Part shown: positions 13,301 to 26,130 of the stretch, piece by piece | Layout of the letters: each line of letters starts with the position of its first letter | Position numbering within the stretch: the stretch's first letter is position 1 | Source: Tubulanus polymorphus | Taxonomy: Eukaryota > Animalia > Nemertea | Assembly: GCF_964204645.1 (NCBI RefSeq) | Contig: NC_134035.1 | Coordinates: forward strand, 13,512,586 to 13,576,585 | DNA: 64,000 bases | Direction: 5' to 3' | Made by a program: the position numbers and the translations under genes | The notes under the pieces: model-generated | What the model was told of the DNA's origin: nothing | The model's input: only the letters and a program-made list of their open reading frames with translations | The model's database searches: none

Positions 13301-14732
13301 TTCTTCTATATAAGCCGATATGCTCCTTGTTTATCTTTCCTCTTCTGTTCGTTGTATCGGGTGTAGCTGTTTTCAGGAATGCCTTCCTGATATTTTCATT
13401 TATCCATGGTAGACCAAGCTGTTATTCTTATTATTGTTCATTAGTTATACCCGAACTGTATTGAAAGCAATGGGCGTTATGAAAACAATATATAATTTGA
13501 TAATATGAGGAATGAAGAAGATGCATTTGAAAGCTTTTCAGCAACAGTGTAAAAGGCTGGCGCAGGTGATCATAATATTGACATCTGTATGAGTTTTCTC
13601 AGGTTTTCTGTTAAATCGTGAGGCTAGTTATTCCAAAACAAATTTATATAGTTGTGAAACCTGAACTGTACCATAATTGCAGTTGTTGGTATGAACCAAT
13701 TCTACCTATGCATTCCCAAAACTATTACCATCCACTATTGATGCATCAACAGATACGATGACAAAACCGAAATTGCCTTCAAACTCTTGATTTAGAAATG
13801 AATCAGATAAACTGGCAATTAATTGTAATGATGATTCTGTCTAACAGTTGTTTGTATGATTTCAGTGATGAGTAAACAAAATTTTATTCATCACTATTGT
13901 ATTGACAGACATAAGTCTACGTGGTATTAATGTGTAATATTCGTGATCCTTAATAGTTTTTCTTTTCATTTCAGCTGAAAGACTTGTCAGAGATGTAATC
14001 AAGAAGAAAAATGAGTCTGGCCACACTTATGAGGCGGCAACACGTCTACAACAAAGATTACAAAGGTGTGTTGATCTAATGTCGTCTCATAAGCCGGTGG
14101 AGCCAGTTCCACCAACACCTGAATTGGCTCCTCCGCAGGTGGTGGACCCTGCTCCTGCGGTGCAGGTGGTTGCGCCCACCGTATCTTCGGATACGGAGGT
14201 CGTGCCACCTGTTATCGTGGAGCAGGAGGTCGCCCCTGCCGTGGTTGCCCCGACAGAGGCGCCACAGGTCCAGACTCCTGCACCGCGCAGGTCGCCCCGT
14301 AGAAATATAAAAAAAGTTAACTATTCAGAAGGTTCGGGGCGGCCTAATAAAAAAAAATCTCCAAAACGTGCGACTCCTCCACCACCACCATCTTTTGAGG
14401 AGTCGAGTGATGAGGAGTTATTTCATACTCCTGGAGCTCCACAACCAGGGCCCCCACCACCACCACAAACACCTGTGGGAGTGCAACAAAAAAAAAGAAA
14501 GAGAGGTACATATGATAATGAAAATAATAATGAAAATAATAATGAAATGCCCGCCCAGGCTGGATCATCGGGCGCTCCAGCGGGGGTACCACCCGCCCCC
14601 GCTGTAGAGCTTGTTGCACGTGGCCCTGGTTGGTCAAAGAACATAAGAATGAAAGATCCTTTACAATTGCTCCGCGATGTTGAAGGGGCCTTTGATGGCA
14701 ACTATACATTCATTAAAAGACAACGGCGATAA
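7302..14732 (+). CDS. Orphan 282-aa Pro-rich, probably nuclear protein (two coding exons: 7302-7392, 13975-14732)
   Basis: AAAATG start. A phase-1 donor A|GTAAGT at 7392 and the acceptor TTTTCATTTCAG at 13974 join in frame (..LDLFCII-T-ERLVRDVIKKK..) with the 217-aa ORF. The last exon is GC-rich against an AT-rich background. AATAAA overlaps the TAA stop. Confidence 0.7.
9295..9492. repeat. Short tandem repeat (CAGTACCAGCGATACCAGTGCATCATCC-like)
   Basis: About 7 degenerate units; explains ORFs 9220/9311. Confidence 0.85.
10211..11722. mobile_element. Non-autonomous foldback DNA transposon (GG termini, 8-bp TSD; Merlin-like)
   Basis: TIR GGTTCAACTCCAGAATAGGT / ACCTGTTCTGGAGTTGAGCC; TSD TATTATTT on both sides; six 43-bp units at 10287-10548 mirrored at 11385-11646; central 50-bp array of about 15 units at 10618-11362. 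Confidence 0.9.
13095..13300. mobile_element. Fragment resembling Helentron/HINE-type interspersed repeats
   Basis: TTCTTCAAATCGCTACTAGTCCTACAGTTTT...AAATTTGGTATG and GGGGC(G/A)CCCC motifs; recognised from memory, not searched. Confidence 0.4.
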
Positions 14733-15229
14733 TAAAAAACCATCCCCCCTTCACTCGCCATCACTCCGGGCAACAACACCAGCCCATACACGTCTGCAGA
14801 TCGGCACTCCTTTCATCATCCATTTTTATTATCACTTGTCACTTTGTAATATAAGTGAGTTTTAAAAACTTATTAATTTCATTTCATTCTTCGTCGGTCT
14901 GCAGTTCGCGCGGTGCCACAAAATATCTGTCAACCCCCCTTGCATTAGGAACCAGTGGGCGTGCAGTCCTGCATTATTAATGTTTTTTTATTAAAAAAAA
15001 AAAAAAGCAAAAACCAGATCTAACGAGTTTTTAACGAGAGTTTTACGGTTCTCTCAAAAAAATTAAAAAACAAAAAAATCAAAAAAATTCATCATCATTT
15101 CATCAACTTTATTTATTTTCCTTGGATGAATTTAATTTCATTCCATCATGTCATCCATCATTATTTTAAATTATTTTCATTTATTTTCTGACTGTACGTC
15201 CCGCTGTGTTCCTACCAAACCCGCCCACA

Positions 15230-15628
15230 CCATTCCATTCTTGCATACAAAATGACTTATGCAATTCCATTCTTGCATTCAAAATGACTCATGCAGTTCC
15301 ATTCCTGCATCAAAATGACACGCAGTTCCATTCCTGCATTCAAAATGACTCATGCAGTTCCATTCTTGCATTCAACATGATTTATGCAATTCCATTCCTG
15401 CATTCAAAATGACACTCATGCAGTTCCATTCTTGCATTCAAAATGACTCGTGCAGTTCAATTCCCGCTTTCAAAATGACTCATGCAGTTCCATTCCTGCA
15501 TTCAAAATGACACTCATGCAGTTCCATTCATGCAGCAATTCCATTCCTGCATTCAAAATGACACTCATGCAGTTCCATTCATGCAGCAATTCCATTCCTG
15601 CATTCAAAATGACTCGTGCAGTTCCATG
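15230..15628. repeat. ~32-bp minisatellite (GCAGTTCCATTCCTGCATTCAAAATGACTCAT)
   Basis: About 12 units. Confidence 0.92.
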
Positions 15629-16962
15629 GATTTTTCAAATCAAAAGGACAGCTATGATTCACATAATGTGATTCTTTTTGATACTCAAAAACGCAGAGAA
15701 GGAACAGCTATGTTTTACACATAATGCGATTTCTTATCAAACTACATTGGAATACTTTTTTTAATGTGTTCCATGTTATCCCACCCCTGATACTATGACG
15801 TTCATACGTCAAGTTTAAAATCATTGTTTATTGTTATTAAAATACTTGTTTTTCTAATTACAGATTTAAAGATTTATTTGATTTATCACGAAAACTTGAA
15901 ATGTTTATATCTATTGCCAAATAGCAGAAGGAAATCCTTTAAATGTGATTGGAAGGACTTCAAATATTCACTCGTTTAAGAATAGGAATATGTATTCATA
16001 CGAATAACTGCGTGACATTGGATAAAATGTTGAGCAAAACTGGAAATCACAGCAAAAACAACGGTAATCGATTTCATTACATTTTTAGGATCAACCACGT
16101 TGATCCTTATCGACATCCTTATAGTGCTGAGAGTAACTTTCTGTCAGCTCTGGGTGGTCAAATTGTAACCACTGGATCTACACAGCTGATATTTTGTCAT
16201 CAGAAGAGAAATAGATGGAATTAATATGGAAAGTTGTGTCCATCAGCTCTTTGTCATTTGGAAGTACTGGGAGAAAATGAGCAGATGAATTTTCCCCATT
16301 TCTAATAATCGATGCTTGACCTTGTTTCTTGATAATGTCATCACTGGGAGAGCCCGTCTGCATCCAAGTTCAATGTTATAGAATAAACATTGAATCGATC
16401 GTCTGCCATGTGCGAGTCATGGGAATAATGTAATACCATGCATACTATCACACACGCTTACTACTGGTGTTGTGTGCGCCAAGATTTCATCTTCATACCT
16501 TATTGCAAATCCCACAACAAATCCATTTCAATGCTCAATGGTTAACTGTACTCAGTTGATCCTACTGCACCCATGGTCCTTTATTAGGGTGTAAAATGGA
16601 ATAATTCACTTGATCCATGATCAATACATGAATTTAATAATTGATAAATACGATAAATAAAACCTTATAAAATTCTGTATAGATTCAGTAAAAGAATGAT
16701 CTCTGATAAGAGAATTTGTTGTTGTCAAGTCGGTGAAGTTGTATTGGCTAATAATGACCCTAATGATCATCAGGTTCAGAATTTGACTTCATAATTCTTG
16801 TTTATTGAGCAGAGGAGAGAGAGTAGTTAGCGTTGATGAGGAGTTAAGGTGTGATGATTTAGATTTTTACACCAAATAATTGAGCATTAAATAAAAGATA
16901 AGATTGAGATATTTTTAGATAATGTGATTGAAAATTCAGATTTGAGAAATAATCATTGATAA

Positions 16963-17490
16963 GTTAATTCCTGTATAGAGGACAGTCAGAAAAGGGAAGT
17001 TAATTCCTGTATAGAGGACAGTCAGAGAAGGAAAGTTAATTCCTGTATAGAGGACAGTCAGAGAAGGGAAATTAATTCCTGTATAGAGGACAGTCAGAGA
17101 AGGGAAGTTAATTCCTGTATAGAGGACAGTCAGAGAAGGGAAGTTAATTCCTGTATAGAGGACAGTCAGAGAAGGAAAGTTAATTCCTGTATAGAGGACA
17201 GTCAGAGAAGGAAAGTTAATTCCTGTATAGAGGACAGTCAGAGAAGGAAAGTTAATTCCTGTATAGAGGACAGTCAGAGAAGGAAGTTAATTCCTGTATA
17301 GAGGACAGTCAGAGAAGGAAGTTAATTCCTGTATAGAGGACAGTCAGAGAAGGAAAGTTAATTCCTGTAGAAGGCAGTCATAGAGAGCAGGTTGAACCCC
17401 TGTATAGAGAACAGTCAGAGAAGGGAAGTTAATTCCTGTAGAAGGCAGTCATAGAGAGTAGGTTGAACCCCTGTATAGAGAACAGTCAGA
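16963..17490. repeat. 36-bp minisatellite (GTTAATTCCTGTATAGAGGACAGTCAGAGAAGGGAA)
   Basis: About 13 units at 36-bp spacing. Confidence 0.95.
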
Positions 17491-17523
17491 GGTTGATCGC
17501 ATCCAATTATTAAACAAAAACCA

Positions 17524-17524
17524 G

Positions 17525-17615
<91 letters not shown>
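17524..17615. repeat. (CAT)n microsatellite
   Basis: About 30 pure units. Confidence 0.97.
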
Positions 17616-17616
<1 letters not shown>

Positions 17617-18484
17617 ATAGCCAGCAAACATTTCAGTAATATTCCAGTTATTGAACAGTTAGTGTTAAGATTATTACCGTTACAGTTTTTCACTTATTTC
17701 CTAAAGATTCAACCAAATTCATTCTATGTTTCGAGTCATTCATTGCAAAAATTCCAATTTACTCCAACTTTTGATGGTCAAAGTGATTCCTCGTTGTTAG
17801 GAAATCATTTGGGAAAATGTTCCTTTTATAAAAGTTACCGGCGTCAAACCTATCGCATTCAAGAAGAAACTATTATCTTAAAAACTATTTTATCTGAATC
17901 TTACATCAACTATTAATTATCTAAAAATTGTTTTATCCATATCTTAACATTTCCTGAATATCTAAAAAAAATCTGCGTTGTAAAACATTATTGAATATCA
18001 CGGAACAAATTTTATGTATATCATATTTTAAATTGTTTTATTTGTACTTATTTTAAACTATTTTAATTTTAAATAATTTCAAACCATTTTATATTTTTTA
18101 AGAACTAGATTATATTCGTTTTTTAAAACTAACCTACAGATCAATTTGATGAGTTATTTATCTTATATTTGACTATATCATATACTGGAACCCAAGATAT
18201 TTGAAACGGATAACTGAAGGTCCAGGTTTTATCACTGAATACTCTTTGACACAATTACGTGGTCCACAACACAGATACAAATAGTGGTTATATAAAAGGC
18301 CCATATATTATAATGCACGCACGAAGAGCTTGTACTCATAGTTCATATGAAATGTGATTGAGAACTTCTCATACTTTATTTAATCTTCTTTTCTTGATTT
18401 TTCTATTTTGTTTTAAAGATATTTTCAGATTGTCTGTGAGTTTATTGTATTCACTTTTTGATTTCAGTTTATTTGTTTATTGTG

Positions 18485-18790
18485 TTTAGATCTAGTTATT
18501 TAAGTCTATTCAGGTCTATTTATTTAGTATATTTCTAGTTATTCAAGTCTATTTAGGTCTCGCTATTTAAGTCTATTTAGGCTAGTTATTTAAGTATATT
18601 TCTAGTTAATTTAAGTCTATTTAGGCTAATTTACTTAAGTATATTTAGGTCTAGTAATTTAAGTATATTTAGGTCTAGTTATTTTAGTCGATTTCTAGTT
18701 ATTCAAGTCGAGTTATTTAAGTATATTTAAGTCTCGTTATTTAAGTTTGTTTGGGTCAAGTTATATTATTATTTTAAAGTTTAGTTATTA
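18485..18790. repeat. Degenerate short tandem repeat (TATTTAAGTCTATTTAGGTCTAGT)
   Basis: Reiterated ~24-bp motif. Confidence 0.8.
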
Positions 18791-18879
18791 AAGGTATAAA
18801 GTCTGTTGTTTCTAGGGTTCGGAATAAACAAATTTTCATCATTAATAAAATCACTCTAGGGATCATCAATAAAATACAT

Positions 18880-21800
18880 TAATGTTCAGGTGTTTTTAAT
18901 CATGATAGAATACTGTTAGGTTATTTAATTGTTTTATGAACTGAGGGTAATTTTGTCATTGATAGAATTACTTTCAGGTCATCAGTAAAATACATTAATT
19001 ATAAAGTTAGTCGGATTATCAGTAAAATATATTTATAGTAAAATTGATCAGTTTTAATTATGATAGAATACTGTTAGGTAATTTAATTGTTTTATGAACT
19101 GAGGGTAAATCTGTCATTGATAGAATTATTCTCAGGTCATCAGTAAAATAAATTAATTATAAAGTTAGTCGGATTATCAGTAAAATATATTTATAGTAAA
19201 ATTGATCAGTTTTAATTATGATAGAATACTATTAGGTTATTTAATTGTTTTATGAACTGAGGGTAAATCTGTCATTGATAGAATTATTCTCAGGTCATCA
19301 GTAAAATATATTAATTATAAAGTTAGTCGGATTATCAGTAAAATATATTTATAGTAAAATTAATCAGTTTTAATTATGATAGAATACTATTAGGTTATTT
19401 TTCTTGTTTTATGAACTGAGGGTAAATCTCTCATTGATAGAATTATTCTCAGGTCATCAGTAAAATAAATTAATTATAAAGTTAGTCGGATTATCAGTAA
19501 AATATATTTATAGTAAAATTAATCAGTTTTAATTATGATAGAATACTTTTAGGTTATTTTTATTGTTTTATGAACTGAGGGTAAATCTGTCATTGATAGA
19601 ATTATTCTCAGGTCATCAGTAAAATATATTAATTATAAAGTTAGTCGGATTATCAGTAAAATATATTTATAGTAAAATTAATCAGTTTTAATTATGATAG
19701 AATACTTTTAGGTTATTTTTATTGTTTTATGAACTGAGGGTAAATCTGTCATTGATAGAATTATTCTCAGGTCATCAGTAAAATAAATTAATTATAAAGT
19801 TAGTCGGATTATCAGTAAAATATATTTATAGTAAAATTAATCAGTTTTAATTATGATAGAATACTTTTAGGTTATTTTTATTGTTTTATGAACTGAGGGT
19901 AAATCTGTCATTGATAGAATTATTCTCAGGTCATCAGTAAAATATATTAATTATAAAGTTAGTCGGATTATCAGTAAAATATATTTATAGTAAAATTAAT
20001 CAGTTTTAATTATGATAGAATACTTTTAGGTTATTTTTATTGTTTTATGAACTGAGGGTAAATCTGTCATTGATAGAATTATTCTCAGGTCATCAGTAAA
20101 ATACATTAATTATAAAGTTAGTCGGATTATCAGTGAAATATATTTATAGTAAAATTAATCAGTTTTAATTATGATAGAATACTGTTAGGTTATTTTATTG
20201 TTTTATGAACTGAAGGTAAATCTGTCATTGATAGAATTATTCTCAGGTCATCAGTAAAATAAATTAATTATAAAGTAAGTCGGATTATGAGTAAAATATA
20301 TTTATAGTAAAATTAATCAGTTTTAATTATGATAGAATACTTTTAGGTTATTTCATTGTTTTATGAACTGAAGGTAAATCTGTCATTGATAGAATTATTC
20401 TCAGGTCATCAGTAAAATACATTAATTATAAAGTAAGTCGGATTATGAGTAAAATATATTTATAGTAAAATTAATCAGTTTTAATCATGATAGAATACTG
20501 TTAGGTAATTTTATTGTTTTATGAACTGAGGGTAATTTTGTCATTGATAGAATTATTCTCAGGTCATCAGTAAAATATATTAATTATAAAGTTAGTCGGA
20601 TTATCAGTAAAATATATTTATAGTAAAATTGATCAGTTTTAATCATGATAGAATACTGTTAGGTTATTTAATTGTTTTATGAACTGAGGGTAATTTTGTC
20701 ATTGATAGAATTACTTTCAGGTCATCAGTAAAATACATTAATTATAAAGTTAGTCGGATTATCAGTAAAATATATTTATAGTAAAATTGATCAGTTTTAA
20801 TTATGATAGAATACTGTTAGGTAATTTAATTGTTTTATGAACTGAGGGTAAATCTGTCATTGATAGAATTATTCTCAGGTCATCAGTAAAATAAATTAAT
20901 TATAAAGTTAGTCGGATTATCAGTAAAATATATTTATAGTAAAATTGATCAGTTTTAATTATGATAGAATACTATTAGGTTATTTAATTGTTTTATGAAC
21001 TGAGGGTAAATCTGTCATTGATAGAATTATTCTCAGGTCATCAGTAAAATATATTAATTATAAAGTTAGTCGGATTATCAGTAAAATATATTTATAGTAA
21101 AATTAATCAGTTTTAATTATGATAGAATACTATTAGGTTATTTTTCTTGTTTTATGAACTGAGGGTAAATCTCTCATTGATAGAATTATTCTCAGGTCAT
21201 CAGTAAAATAAATTAATTATAAAGTTAGTCGGATTATCAGTAAAATATATTTATAGTAAAATTAATCAGTTTTAATTATGATAGAATACTTTTAGGTTAT
21301 TTTTATTGTTTTATGAACTGAGGGTAAATCTGTCATTGATAGAATTATTCTCAGGTCATCAGTAAAATATATTAATTATAAAGTTAGTCGGATTATCAGT
21401 AAAATATATTTATAGTAAAATTAATCAGTTTTAATTATGATAGAATACTTTTAGGTTATTTTTATTGTTTTATGAACTGAGGGTAAATCTGTCATTGATA
21501 GAATTATTCTCAGGTCATCAGTAAAATACATTAATTATAAAGTTAGTCGGATTATCAGTGAAATATATTTATAGTAAAATTAATCAGTTTTAATTATGAT
21601 AGAATACTGTTAGGTTATTTTATTGTTTTATGAACTGAAGGTAAATCTGTCATTGATAGAATTATTCTCAGGTCATCAGTAAAATAAATTAATTATAAAG
21701 TAAGTCGGATTATGAGTAAAATATATTTATAGTAAAATTAATCAGTTTTAATTATGATAGAATACTGTTAGGTTATTTTTATTGTTTTATGAACTGAAGG

Positions 21801-23665
21801 TAAATCTGTCATTGATAGAATTATTCTCAGGTCATCAGTAAAATACATTAATTATAAAGTAAGTCGGATTATGAGTAAAATATATTTATAGTAAAATTAA
21901 TCAGTTTTAATCATGATAGAATACTGTTAGGTAATTTTATTGTTTTATGAACTGAGGGTAATTTTGTCATTGATAGAATTATTCTCAGGTCATCAGTAAA
22001 ATATATTAATTATAAAGTTAGTCGGATTATCAGTAAAATATATTTATAGTAAATTTAATCAGTTTTAATTATGATAGAATACTTTTAGGTTATTTCATTG
22101 TTTTATGAACTGAAGGTAAATCTGTCATTGATAGAATTATTCTCAGGTCATCAGTAAAATACATTAATTATAAAGTAAGTCGGATTATGAGTAAAATATA
22201 TTTATAGTAAAATTAATCAGTTTTAATCATGATAGAATACTGTTAGGTAATTTTATTGTTTTATGAACTGAGGGTAATTTTGTCATTGATAGAATTATTC
22301 TCAGGTCATCAGTAAAATATATTAATTATAAAGTTAGTCGGATTATCAGTAAAATATATTTATAGTAAATTTAATCAGTTTTAATTATGATAGAATACTT
22401 TTAGGTTATTTAATTGTTTTATGAACTGAGGGTAAATCTCTCATTGATAGAATTATTCTCAGGTCATCAGTAAAATACATTAATTATAAAGTTAGTCGGA
22501 TTATCAGTAAAATATATTTATAGTAAATTTAATCAGTTTTAATTATGATAGAATACTGTTAGGTTATTTTATTGTTTTATGAACTGAAGGTAAATCTGTC
22601 ATTGATAGAATTATTCTCAGGTCATCAGTAAAATACATTAATTATAAAGTAAGTCGGATTATGAGTAAAATATATTTATAGTAAATTTAATCAGTTTTAA
22701 TTATGATAGAATACTTTTAGGTTATATTTATTGTTTTATGAACTGAGGGTAATTTTGTCATTGATAGAATTACTTTCAGGTCATCAGTAAAATACATTAA
22801 TTATAAAGTTAGTCGGATTATCAGTGAAATATATTTATAGTAAAATTAATCAGTTTTAATTATGATAGAATACTGTTAGGTTATTTAATTGTTTTATGAA
22901 CTGAGGGTAAATCTCTCATTGATAGAATTATTCTCAGGTCATCAGTAAAATACATTAATTATAAAGTTAGTCGGATTATCAGTAAAATATATTTATAGTA
23001 AATTTAATCAGTTTTAATTATGATAGAATACTTTTAGGTTATTTAATTGTTTTATCAGTAAAATACATTAATTATAAAGTTAGTCGGATTATCAGTGAAA
23101 TATATTTATAGTAAATTTAATCAGTTTTAATTATGATAGAATACTGTTAGGTTATATTTATTGTTTTATGAACTGAGGGTAATTTTGTCATTGATAGAAT
23201 TACTTTCAGGTCATCAGTAAAATACATTAATTATAAAGTTAGTCGGATTATCAGTGAAATATATTTATAGTAAAATTGATCAGTTTTAATTATGATAGAA
23301 TACTGTTAGGTTATTTAATTGTTTTATGAACTGAGGGTAAATCTCTCATTGATAGAATTATTCTCAGGTCATCAGTAAAATACATTAATTATAAAGTTAG
23401 TCGGATTATCAGTGAAATATATTTATAGTAAAATTAATCAGTTTTAATTATGATAGAATACTTTTAGGTTATATTTATTGTTTTATGAACTGAGGGTAAT
23501 TTTGTCATTGATAGAATTACTTTCAGGTCATCAGTAAAATACATTAATTATAAAGTTAGTCGGATTATCAGTGAAATATATTTATAGTAAAATTAATCAG
23601 TTTTAATTATGATAGAATACTGTTAGGTTATTTTTATTGTTTTATGAACTGAGGGTAAATCTGTC
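18880..23665. repeat. 158-bp AT-rich satellite, about 30 monomers
   Basis: GAACTGAGGGTA recurs at 18938, 19096, 19254 and onward; the variant pattern recurs at a ~1.74-kb offset. Confidence 0.97.
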
Positions 23666-24655
23666 TTTGTATGAAATTGTTTATATTGGTACTGTTCCTT
23701 GATTGTGGTGAGTTTAACGGTCATTGGTTTCTGTATGTGTTCACCTGGCGTATTGTCAGATTGTCAAGCATTTCGACCAGAGGACATGGCGTCCCTGGAC
23801 CACTACTGTCACCACTTTTAAGGTTCTCAAACACATTTCATATAAACAGCTATATTTATTGAATGAAACTATTTCTAACCTTATTTCAGTTTCATATTTC
23901 CCCCATAATCTATCATGTTTCACTTATTTCTTTTTAGTCTTTAGTCGCACAATGTATTGTCATGGCTGTGGCCTGTCCACCTGTCCACGTTAATAGCGAC
24001 ACTTAAGATGGCTAACTGGCAGCCAGATTTGATTGTTAAAACTATTATTTTAATTAATTATTATTCAGTCTAGTACTCAAAATTATTATTACCATAGAAA
24101 AGATGTAGGGTGCTAAGCGAAGCATTAGTTACATGCATGCTCAAGAAGGCTGACTGGCAGCCATATTTAATTTTTTCACAACTATTTAGGGGTTTAGTTT
24201 GAATAAGTTAGGGTTAGAGTGCTATGGTAATGATTGATATTCATTTTGAAAATGAAGTCTGAATCAAGATGGCTTACTGGCAGCCATGTTTACACATATT
24301 GTTAACTAATCATTTTCAAGGAAAAGGTCTAAGGTCTAAGAGTGGTTGAAATCACACTAAACTAAACTACCTGTGGCCATATTGGTTGCAAAGCTAACTG
24401 GTGACCATATCAGATTTCATTAATATGTTTTCGTTATGAAGATGGTTGACTGGTGGCTGAATTGGATTTACCTTCTTTTTATTTTCACAATCAAGACGGC
24501 TGACTGGTAGCCGTATTGAATTTCAGTAATCTCCTGTGTCTCATATGCACTTGTTTTCTGCATGCAATTTTTTTCTATCGCTCTTCTCTACTACCTGCAG
24601 CTTTCTCATTCAATAAATATCAATGTATATATCAACATCATTGGGAGGTGCACCT

Positions 24656-24740
24656 GGCCTTATATACCGCGCGGTAAAAACCACTCTTTCTGTGATTGTG
24701 TAGTACCAGTAATTGATGATCATCGAGTGAGTGATTGGCC
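24656..24740 (-). promoter_or_regulatory. Putative minus-strand promoter sharing the orphan gene's 14-bp TATA element
   Basis: CGGTATATAAGGCC on minus at 24669-24656 is identical to 7033-7046; CCAAT on minus at 24738-24734. Confidence 0.45.
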
Positions 24741-25180
24741 TGGCCCAGTTATTCTGAAATCACTTGGGCTTTAATTATTATAGGTAAATAGTGATGAAAA
24801 CTAGAAATTTAGATATTTCATCAAATTGATCGACGCATCAATCGATCTATCTGTACTAACACTAATTGTAAATTTGTAAAAAGTTGTTGGTTTTTATTTG
24901 TATATTTGATATTTTTTAAATATTTTTTTCTTGATTTTAATTTCTACTCGTAAATATACTTTTTATGTATGTATTAAACTTGGAAACTTGGATTTTGAAT
25001 ATTATCTTAAAACCTTGTAATTTTCTTAACTACACAATACACAATATCTAAACATCAATTCAAGCTATTTTAGCCCAGATTTAGGCCACATTTTCATAAA
25101 ATAAAATTGCGTTATTTGATATAATCACAAGAAGAATTCGTTCAATCTTGGCTTTATACTTTTACCAGTGTTTTTAAAGT

Positions 25181-25606
25181 TGTCCTGAGGTACGACGTTA
25201 AACTGCCTCTCTCTCTCTCTCTTTCTCTCTCTTTGTCCTGAGGTACGACGTTAAACTGCCTCTCTATCTCTATCTCTCTCTCTCCCTCTCCCTCCCCCTC
25301 CCCCTCCCCCTCCCCCTCTCCATCTCCCTCCCCCTCTCCCTCCCCCTCTCCCTCCCCCTCTCCCTCCCCTCCTCCTTCCCCTCCTCCTTCCCCTTCCCCA
25401 TCCCCTCCCCTCCCTCTTTCCTCTCTCTCCCCTCTCCTCTCTTTCCTCCCTCTCTCCTCTCTTTCCTCTCCTCTCCTCTCTCCTCTCTCTCTTTTCTCTC
25501 TCTCTCCTCTCTTTCCTCTCCCTCTCCTCTCTCTCTCTCCTGTGGTGGTGGCGGTGGTGGTGGTGGTGGCGGTGGTGGTGATGGTGGTGGTGGTGGCGGT
25601 GGTGGT

Positions 25607-25668
<62 letters not shown>

Positions 25669-25702
25669 CGGCGGCGACGGCGACGGCGATGGTGATGATG
25701 AT
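25181..25702. repeat. Duplicated SINE-tail-like motif followed by CT-rich and GTG/GCG microsatellites
   Basis: TGTCCTGAGGTACGACGTTAAACTGCC(TC)n occurs twice; polypyrimidine tract to 25540; (GTG/GCG)n at 25542-25702. Confidence 0.8.
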
Positions 25703-26130
25703 GTGTAAGTCTTCTAAGACTGCTTGTGGGATAGGTCTAAGTGTTAGACTTCTAAGACTGCTTGTAGGATAGGTCTAAGTGTTAGACTTCTAAGACTGCT
25801 TGTGGGATAGGTCTAAGTGTGAGACTACTAAGACTGCTTGTGGGATAGGTCTAAGTGTTAGACTTCTAAGACTGCTTGTAGGATAGGTCTAAGTGTAAGA
25901 CTTCTAAGACTGCTTGCGGGATAGGTCTAAGTGTAAGACTTCTAAGACTGCTTGTAGGATAGGTCTAAGTGTAAGACTTCTAAGACTGCTTGCGGGATAG
26001 GTCTAAGTGTAAGACTTCTAAGACTGCTTGTAGGATAGGTCTGAGTGTAAGACTTCTAAGACTGCTTGTAGGATAGGTACAAATCTTGGGACTTCTTATG
26101 GGATAGGTCTAAGTGTAAGACTTCTAAGAC
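25703..26130. repeat. 38-bp minisatellite (TCTAAGACTGCTTGTGGGATAGGTCTAAGTGTTAGACT)
   Basis: About 11 units. Confidence 0.95.

Noticed and set aside
15940-16620. Degenerate coding sequence on the minus strand
   Set aside because: Short frames with frequent stops and no motif I can recognise; needs BLASTx
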